Shown here in pieces: positions 58,624 through 64,000 of a stretch of 64,000 nucleotides of DNA (its first letter is position 1; the number at the start of each line of letters is the position of its first letter). The notes beneath the pieces were generated by a model. The model made no database searches, was not told the DNA's origin, and saw only the letters and a list, made by a program, of their open reading frames with translations. Made by a program: the position numbers and the translations under genes. Source of the stretch: an uncultured Alphaproteobacteria bacterium (GTDB lineage: Bacteria; Pseudomonadota; Alphaproteobacteria; Rhizobiales; Xanthobacteraceae); assembly GCA_963829395.1 (NCBI GenBank), contig CAWHHX010000002.1:599779-663778 (forward strand). Direction: 5' to 3'.

Positions 58624-59818
58624 TACGACGCCTTATGCGCCCCGCCGAAGAGCGCTTTCAGAAAGTGTGGAAGCCCACGAGCGTGGCCGGTATCGACGTC
58701 GACCTCGACGCTCATGCCGGCGCGCAGCGGCGGCAGATTTTTGCCGCTGGTGTCGAGGCGCACGCGCATCGGCACGCGCTGCACCACCTTCACCCAGTTG
58801 CCGCTGGTATTCTGCGCCGGCAGCAATGAGAATTCCTGCGCCGCCGCAGGGCTCACGCTGTCGACCACACCGTGCCACTCGAAATCCGGATAGGTGTCGA
58901 CGGTGACGATGACCGGTTGACCGGGGCGAACGTAAGTCAGCTCGGTCTCTTTCGGCGTCGCGTCGACCCAGACGTGATCGGTGTCGACGAGGAAGAATGC
59001 CGTCGTCGAGGCGGCCAGATATTTGCCCGGCGCGATCGCCGGCACATTGGTGACGGTGCCGGCGAACGGCGCGGTGATGACCGTATGGTCGAGTTGCCGC
59101 TGCGCTTCGTCGACCTGCGCCTTGGCCTGACGGTATTGCGGGTGCTCGGTGGTGGCGATATCCGGATTGCCGCCGAGCTTGGCAAGCTGCACTTTCGCCT
59201 GCTGCTGCAGCGCCGCGAGCTTGCCCTTGTCGTTGTCGAGCGTGTAGCGCGCCTGATCGAAAACGGCCTGCGAAACCGTGGCGGTTTTCAGAAGCATGGC
59301 GTTGCGGTCATAGTTGGTCTGATCGAGATCCACTTGCGCCTGCTGAGCCGTGGTGTCGCTCAACATGCGCTTGTAATCCTGCTTCATCGCTTCGATCGAC
59401 AAGGCGGTCTGCGCCAGATTGGCCTTGGCGTTGTCGAGCGCGATCTGGAATTGGCGTGGATCCAGCCGATAGAGCACCTGGCCGGCGTCGACGTGCTGGT
59501 TGTCCTTGACCGCGACGTCTTGCACGATGCCGGAGACGTCCGTCGAAACGCCGACCCTGTCGGCTTGGACATAAGCGTCGTCGGTCGACATGACCTGACC
59601 GCCGGTCACGTAGAGATAAACGCCGACGAGCAGCACAAGCGGCAGCAATGCGAACAGGCCCCACCGAATGCGGTCGCGGCGGCGAAGCGGCGCACTTTGT
59701 CAGCGCCCGGCGTTGCCGTCTTGGAACGTTTTTCCGCCGGCGCGACCGGTTGCGGCCGCGGGTTTTCCGCCGTTTCGTCGCGAACCGGCACGATCGTCTT
59801 GCGCGCGGGCTCAGCCAT
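58623..59818 (-). pseudogene. emrA: HlyD/EmrA-family membrane fusion protein, reading frame broken by one missing nucleotide between about 59650 and 59699
   Basis: Track ORF 59606..59818 gives the N-terminus MAEPARKTIVPVRDETAENPRPQPVAPAEKRSKTATPGADKVRRF.... The main frame (track 58623..59648, which starts at an internal TTG) reads back as ...RRRDRIRWGLFALLPLVLLVGVYLYVTGG. This completes the single TM anchor but hits TGA at 59702-59700. The body is EmrA-like (STDDAYVQAD, coiled coil, TAPFAGTV, beta-barrel). Confidence 0.8.
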
Positions 59819-60293
59819 AGTGGCGCACTCCGGCCGCCGTACTGGCGTGTCGCTGCTGGATCAGCCGGCGCAAGTTCTCTTTGACGATGGCGAGCTGCGT
59901 GACGATCTGCTCGACGTCTTGCGGCGCGACGCCTTCGAGCGCGCCCGCCATGGTCTCCTCGCCAAGGACACCGAGCTGCTTGAGCAACGGCCGCGCCGCG
60001 GCAGTCAGAAACAATCGTTTGGCGCGGCGGTCGTCCGGGTCCGGCCGGCGCTCGATCAAACCGTTGTCGCAGAGCTTGTCGAGCAGCCGGGTGAGCGTGA
60101 TCGGTTGCAGATCGAGCATTTCGGCGAGTTCGGACTGGTTGAGGCCTTCGAAGCGGTCGAGCCGGACCAGCACCGCCCATTGCGCCCGAGTCATGCCGAA
60201 CTGGGCCGCCCGGTAATCGGCATAGGTCCGCAACAGGCGGGCTACATCATTGAGAATAAAGGCGAATTCTCTGTTCTTGGAAGGTTGGGGCAT
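59811..60293 (-). CDS. MarR family transcriptional regulator (first gene of the emrAB operon)
   Basis: Track ORF 59811..60386; start at ATG 60293. Sequence: MPQPSKNREFAFILNDVARLLRTYADYRAAQFGMTRAQWAVLVRLDRFEGLNQSELAEMLDLQPITLTRLLDKLCDNGLIERRPDPDDRRAKRL. Its stop overlaps the emrA ATG (ATGGCTGA). Confidence 0.8.
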   Translation of the reverse strand: MPQPSKNREFAFILNDVARLLRTYADYRAAQFGMTRAQWAVLVRLDRFEGLNQSELAEMLDLQPITLTRLLDKLCDNGLIERRPDPDDRRAKRLFLTAAARPLLKQLGVLGEETMAGALEGVAPQDVEQIVTQLAIVKENLRRLIQQRHASTAAGVRHYG

Positions 60294-60418
60294 GGTGCGA
60301 TCACAGGCGTCAATGTGAGAGCCCACAATATAAGCTGGCTTATATTCTATCCATGGATTCAAACGCAGAGCAGCGTTGCAAATCACTCAAAGCCGTCGGC
60401 GTTTTCGCGAGACTGAAA

Positions 60419-60980
60419 TTAAGCGAGGCCCAGATCGCCGAAGGCGGCGACATGATGGTCCGCCGCGTCGGCCGAAAAGCAGCAGAGCACGACTTGGCCG
60501 ATGCCGTTCGGCACCGCCGCCAATTCCGCGGCGACAGTCGCCGACCGCAATGCGCGCGGCGCGGTCGGGTGGGAAGCGATAGACGCCGGTCGAGATCGCC
60601 GGGAATGCCAGCGAGCGCAGCCGATGCGCAGCGGCAAGATCGAGCGCCGTGCGATAGCAGGACGCCAGCAGTTCGTCCTCGCCCTTGCCGCCGCCGTTCC
60701 AGACCGGCCCGACCGCGTGGATGACGTGCTTGGCCGGCAGCCGATAACCGCGCGTGATCTTGGCGCTACCGGTGGCGCAGCCGCCGAGCGTCCGGCATTC
60801 GGCCATCAGTTCCGGTCCGGCAGCGCGGTGGATGGCGCCGTCGACTCCGCCGCCGCCAAGCAGCGAACTGTTCGCCGCATTGACGATCGCGTCCAGCGCC
60901 AGCGTCGTGATATCGGCAACGCAGATTTCAAGCCGGGCGGCGCCGACCTCGGCCGAACACAGCGGCTTCACATCCAGCAT
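60419..60980 (-). pseudogene. macro-domain protein (O-acetyl-ADP-ribose deacetylase, YmdB-like), frame broken by one extra nucleotide at about 60542
   Basis: Frame 1 (from 60980) has the macro-domain core: [40 protein letters not shown]...[10 protein letters not shown]...[26 protein letters not shown]. The natural C-terminus [34 protein letters not shown] is in track ORF 60419..60637. On the coding strand, GTC [G] GCG ACT. Confidence 0.75.
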
Positions 60981-60993
60981 GAGCGCAATGATA

Positions 60994-62094
60994 TCACGCC
61001 CATTCGGCTTGCGCTTCCGCGCGCAAATCCACCGTGCTCTTCACGCCGATATCATCAAAATGCTCGTCGAGGAACCGACGCGCCGCGCGTTTGCCGTTGA
61101 CGCGCAGCATTTCAAAGAAGTCATAGTCGGTCGTCAGCTTGGAAGACGCGTCGAGCTCCTTGCCGAAGCGATCCAGCACGATGCGATGGACATTGATGCG
61201 GCGGTATTGGCCCGGACCGGTGCCGTGCGGCAAGCGGCCCTGATCGATCAAACGCGCAACAAATTCCATGGCGCGATATTCGGCAATCAGCGGCGAGTTG
61301 AAGGTAATCTCGTTCAGCCGGTTCATGATCTCGCCGGCGGAGGTCGGGGTCTTTTGCCGCACCAGCGGGTTGATCTGCACCACCAGCACGTCTTCGCTTT
61401 GTGTCGTGGCGAAGAACGGAAAGATCACCGGGTTGCCGAGATAGCCGCCGTCCCAGTACGGCACGCCGTCGATCTCGACGGCATGGAATAATTCCGGCAG
61501 ACACGCCGAGGCCATGACCGCATCGGCGGTGATCTTCTCGCGCGGGAAAATGCGGACCCGGCCGGTCTGCACATTCGTTGCCGACACAAAGACCTGCAGA
61601 TCCGCGAACGATTGCACGGCGCTGAAATCGACAAAGCGCTCGAACAGCTCCTTCAGCGGATTGATGTTGAGCGGATTGACATCGTACGGCGAAAAATAGC
61701 GCGACATCATGTCGAGCCAGGCTTGCACGGGCGAGCCTTCAAGCGGCGTGAACGACAGGAACCGCTCCACCACGGCGCGCTGCATCGGCGGCAGATCGCC
61801 GGTGCTGCTGACCGCACGCCAGAAATCGGTCAGCCGCTTTTGCGCTTCGGCGCGGCCGCCGCGCGCCAGCCCGTCGGCCAGCATGACGGCATTGACGGCG
61901 CCGGAAGAGGTGCCGGACACACCTTCGACCACCAGGCGGTCGTCGCTCAGCAAGTGATCCAGCACGCCGGCGGTGAATGCGCCGTGCGCGCCGCCGCCCT
62001 GCAGCGCGAGATTGATGCCCTTGGTAGTCGGTGCGCCGGGCGTGTCGGCGGCGCGGCCAGGCAACAGCGACGTGAGCATACCTTTCACAGCCAT
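60994..62094 (-). CDS. patatin-like phospholipase family protein
   Basis: 366 aa. Sequence [21 protein letters not shown] (oxyanion GGG), GTSSGAVNA (GxSxG) and [12 protein letters not shown] (catalytic Asp). It is intact, unlike the paralog at 4341. Confidence 0.8.
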   Translation of the reverse strand: MAVKGMLTSLLPGRAADTPGAPTTKGINLALQGGGAHGAFTAGVLDHLLSDDRLVVEGVSGTSSGAVNAVMLADGLARGGRAEAQKRLTDFWRAVSSTGDLPPMQRAVVERFLSFTPLEGSPVQAWLDMMSRYFSPYDVNPLNINPLKELFERFVDFSAVQSFADLQVFVSATNVQTGRVRIFPREKITADAVMASACLPELFHAVEIDGVPYWDGGYLGNPVIFPFFATTQSEDVLVVQINPLVRQKTPTSAGEIMNRLNEITFNSPLIAEYRAMEFVARLIDQGRLPHGTGPGQYRRINVHRIVLDRFGKELDASSKLTTDYDFFEMLRVNGKRAARRFLDEHFDDIGVKSTVDLRAEAQAEWA

Positions 62095-62142
62095 GCGCGC
62101 CTCAGGGTCGCGAAGCCGCGCAGTTCGCGCGCCGACGATAAC

Positions 62143-62925
62143 TCATTCCGCCGTCCAACCGCCGTCGATCGACAGGTTGGCGCCGGTGATCGCCTTCGCC
62201 GCGTCGGAGCAAAGGTAGATTGCCAGGGCTGCGACCTCTTCGACCGTGACGAATTCCTTGGTCGGTTGCGCGGCCAGGAGCACGTCGTGTTTCACCTGTT
62301 CCGCGGTCATACCGCGCGCCTTCATGGTGTCGGGAATTTGCTTCTCGACCAGCGGCGTCCAGACGTAGCCGGGACTGATGCAATTGGCGGTGATGCCGAA
62401 CGTAGCGACTTCGAGCGCAACCGTCTTGGTCAAACCGGCGAGGCCATGCTTGGCGGACACGTAGGCGGATTTGAACGGCGAAGCCACCAGCGAATGCGCC
62501 GACGCGGTGTTGATGATGCGCCCCCATTTGCGCGACTTCATGCCGGGCACCGCGGCGCGGATGGTATGAAAGGCCGACGAGAGATTGATCGCGATGATCT
62601 GGTCCCATTTTTCGATCGGGAATTCCTCGATCGGCGCGACGTGTTGGATGCCTGCGTTGTTGATGAGCACGTCGAGCGAGCCGAAGGTCTTCTGGGTTGT
62701 GTGCACCATGTCGGCGATTTCGGCGGGCTTGGTCATGTCGGCGGGCGAATAGGTCGCTTTGACGCCAAAATCCTTTTCGATGGCGCCACGCTCCTTTTCG
62801 ATCGCGGCGGCGTCGCCGAAACCGTTGATGGTGACGTTGGCGCCCTCCGCGGCCAAGGCGCGCGCGTAGGCCAGTCCGATTCCGGAGGTCGAGCCGGTCA
62901 CCAACGCAGTCTTTCCTTTGAGCAT
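62143..62925 (-). CDS. bdhA: 3-hydroxybutyrate dehydrogenase (SDR family)
   Basis: Track ORF 62143..62988. ATG 62925 lies 7 nt after GGGGA and gives MLKGKTALVTGSTSGIGLAYARALA (TGxxxGIG). It has NNAG, the catalytic YVSAKHG, and the BdhA-typical tail ...ITGANLSIDGGWTAE. Confidence 0.8.
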   Translation of the reverse strand: MLKGKTALVTGSTSGIGLAYARALAAEGANVTINGFGDAAAIEKERGAIEKDFGVKATYSPADMTKPAEIADMVHTTQKTFGSLDVLINNAGIQHVAPIEEFPIEKWDQIIAINLSSAFHTIRAAVPGMKSRKWGRIINTASAHSLVASPFKSAYVSAKHGLAGLTKTVALEVATFGITANCISPGYVWTPLVEKQIPDTMKARGMTAEQVKHDVLLAAQPTKEFVTVEEVAALAIYLCSDAAKAITGANLSIDGGWTAE

Positions 62926-63129
62926 GATCATCCCCAATTGAAGGCCGTGGGCCGCAGTGAAAAGCGCCTTGTCGCCGTTGTTTTGCATAAGGCGGCGGCA
63001 ATGTGAGACGCTTTTTGCTGCGGCGCAATATCAAAGTCGGCGGCCGCGTCACGTTTTCGCGATACCGGGTAAGTCGCTACGATGGTACCAAATGCAAGCA
63101 GCATGGTCCGGCCGGTTCATGGCTCCCAG

Positions 63130-63615
63130 ATGACAAAATTGGACGTGATCTTTCCGGCGCCTGACCACGATCACGGCAGCTGCGCCAGCGCCGCAATCAC
63201 GCACGCGGAAGAACTCTGCGCTGCGCGCGCGCAGCGGCTGACGCCGATGCGCCGTCACGTGCTCGAAGCGCTTCTCGACAGTCACAAGCCGCTCGGCGCT
63301 TACGAGATCATGGAGCGCTTGGCGCAGCGGTCTCGGCCGGCGCCGATCACGGTCTATCGCGCCCTCGATTTTTTGCGGGACAACGGCCTGGTCCATCGGA
63401 TCGAAAGCCGCAACGCGTTTGTCGCCTGCGTGCACCATCACGCCGACAGCGATCCGATCGTATTCCTGATCTGTGAACGCTGTGGCGCCGTCGGCGAAGC
63501 GCCCGGTGGCGCCGTCGCGGAGGCGCTCAAAGGCTCCTGTCGCGCGGCGGGCTTCACGCCGAAAAGTCCAGTGATCGAAATTGCCGGCATTTGCTCGCAT
63601 TGCCGCGAGCGATGA
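63130..63615 (+). CDS. Fur family transcriptional regulator (Zur-like)
   Basis: Track ORF 63082..63615; start at ATG 63130. It has a winged helix (LTPMRRHVLEALLDSHKPLGAYEIMERL......ITVYRALDFLRDNGLVHRIE) and metal sites (HHH, CERCG...CSHC). Confidence 0.8.
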   Translation: MTKLDVIFPAPDHDHGSCASAAITHAEELCAARAQRLTPMRRHVLEALLDSHKPLGAYEIMERLAQRSRPAPITVYRALDFLRDNGLVHRIESRNAFVACVHHHADSDPIVFLICERCGAVGEAPGGAVAEALKGSCRAAGFTPKSPVIEIAGICSHCRER

Positions 63616-63708
63616 CACGTTGTTTTTCTCTCGCAACCGCGGCTTCGCCGACGTGACCGTGCGGCGCCTATCTGCGTTGCGAAAATCTTGCGTTGGCGAA
63701 AATTTGAA

Positions 63709-64000
63709 TTGAGTCCAGTGCCGCAATCCCCGCAATCCCGTCCGCTCGACGCGCTCGCCATCGCCGTGACCATTGGGCTGTGCCTGACCTGGGGCTTCAA
63801 CCAGGTCGCGATCAAACTTGCAATTCACGACATCCCGCCACTCATCCAGGCGGCGGTCCGGTCGGCCGTCGCGGCATTGTGCGTCGCCGGCTATGCGCGG
63901 CTGCGCGGAATTCCATTGTTCAAGCGCGACGGCACGCTCAAAGCCGGCATCATTGCCGGCGTTCTGTTCGCGGTTGAGTTCCTGTTGGTCTATCGTGGGC
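63709..64000 (+). CDS. DMT (EamA-like) family transporter, N-terminal fragment; runs off the right edge
   Basis: Open frame from TTG 63709 (or GTG 63718) to the window end: SPVPQSPQSRPLDALAIAVTIGLCLTWGFNQVAIKLAIHDIPPLIQAAVRSAVAALCVAGYARLRGIPLFKRDGTLKAGIIAGVLFAVEFLLVYRG. This is the typical first EamA repeat. It is absent from the ORF track because there is no stop in the window. Confidence 0.6.
   Translation, partial: MSPVPQSPQSRPLDALAIAVTIGLCLTWGFNQVAIKLAIHDIPPLIQAAVRSAVAALCVAGYARLRGIPLFKRDGTLKAGIIAGVLFAVEFLLVYRG

Overview
High-GC (about two-thirds G+C on sampled lines) alphaproteobacterial chromosome segment. Gene order and the dispersed palindromic repeat families look Hyphomicrobiales/Nitrobacteraceae-like; that placement is inference. 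The window covers the replication-initiation neighbourhood: rpsT, a 1.1 kb non-coding spacer, dnaA, dnaN, recF and gyrB. It also holds a long housekeeping block: trpS, nifU-like, tsaB-rimI, miaB-phoH-ybeY-corC-lnt, metK, trmB, and rimP-nusA-ylxR-infB-rbfA-truB-rpsO-pnp. Interspersed are transport and metabolic genes: two amino-acid binding proteins, a DUF3311 plus sodium:solute symporter pair, a TPP enzyme, SCO1, a glutamine-synthetase-like plus Rieske oxygenase plus MBL-hydrolase group, a marR-emrA-emrB operon, and a bdhA-patatin-macro operon followed by zur. The one clearly foreign piece is a low-GC island of about 3.4 kb (roughly 7.9-11.3 kb) between a chemoreceptor gene and tRNA-Gly(CCC). 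It carries two divergent modules. One is a T5orf172/GIY-YIG-like gene plus a DUF4238-like gene. The other is a tightly coupled four-ORF unit with a Zn-ribbon-like miniprotein, a wHTH-like protein, a DUF4145 protein and a small coiled-coil ORF. This island is my best candidate for an uncharacterised defence or addiction-type system. A second notable pattern is that at least eight genes, including gyrB, lnt and metK, are split by single-nucleotide indels. This looks more like sequence error than gene decay. Several REP/MITE-like palindromic repeat families populate the intergenic regions. I saw no rRNA, CRISPR array, transposase or integrase. All calls rest on reading the translations and sequence by eye; no searches were run.
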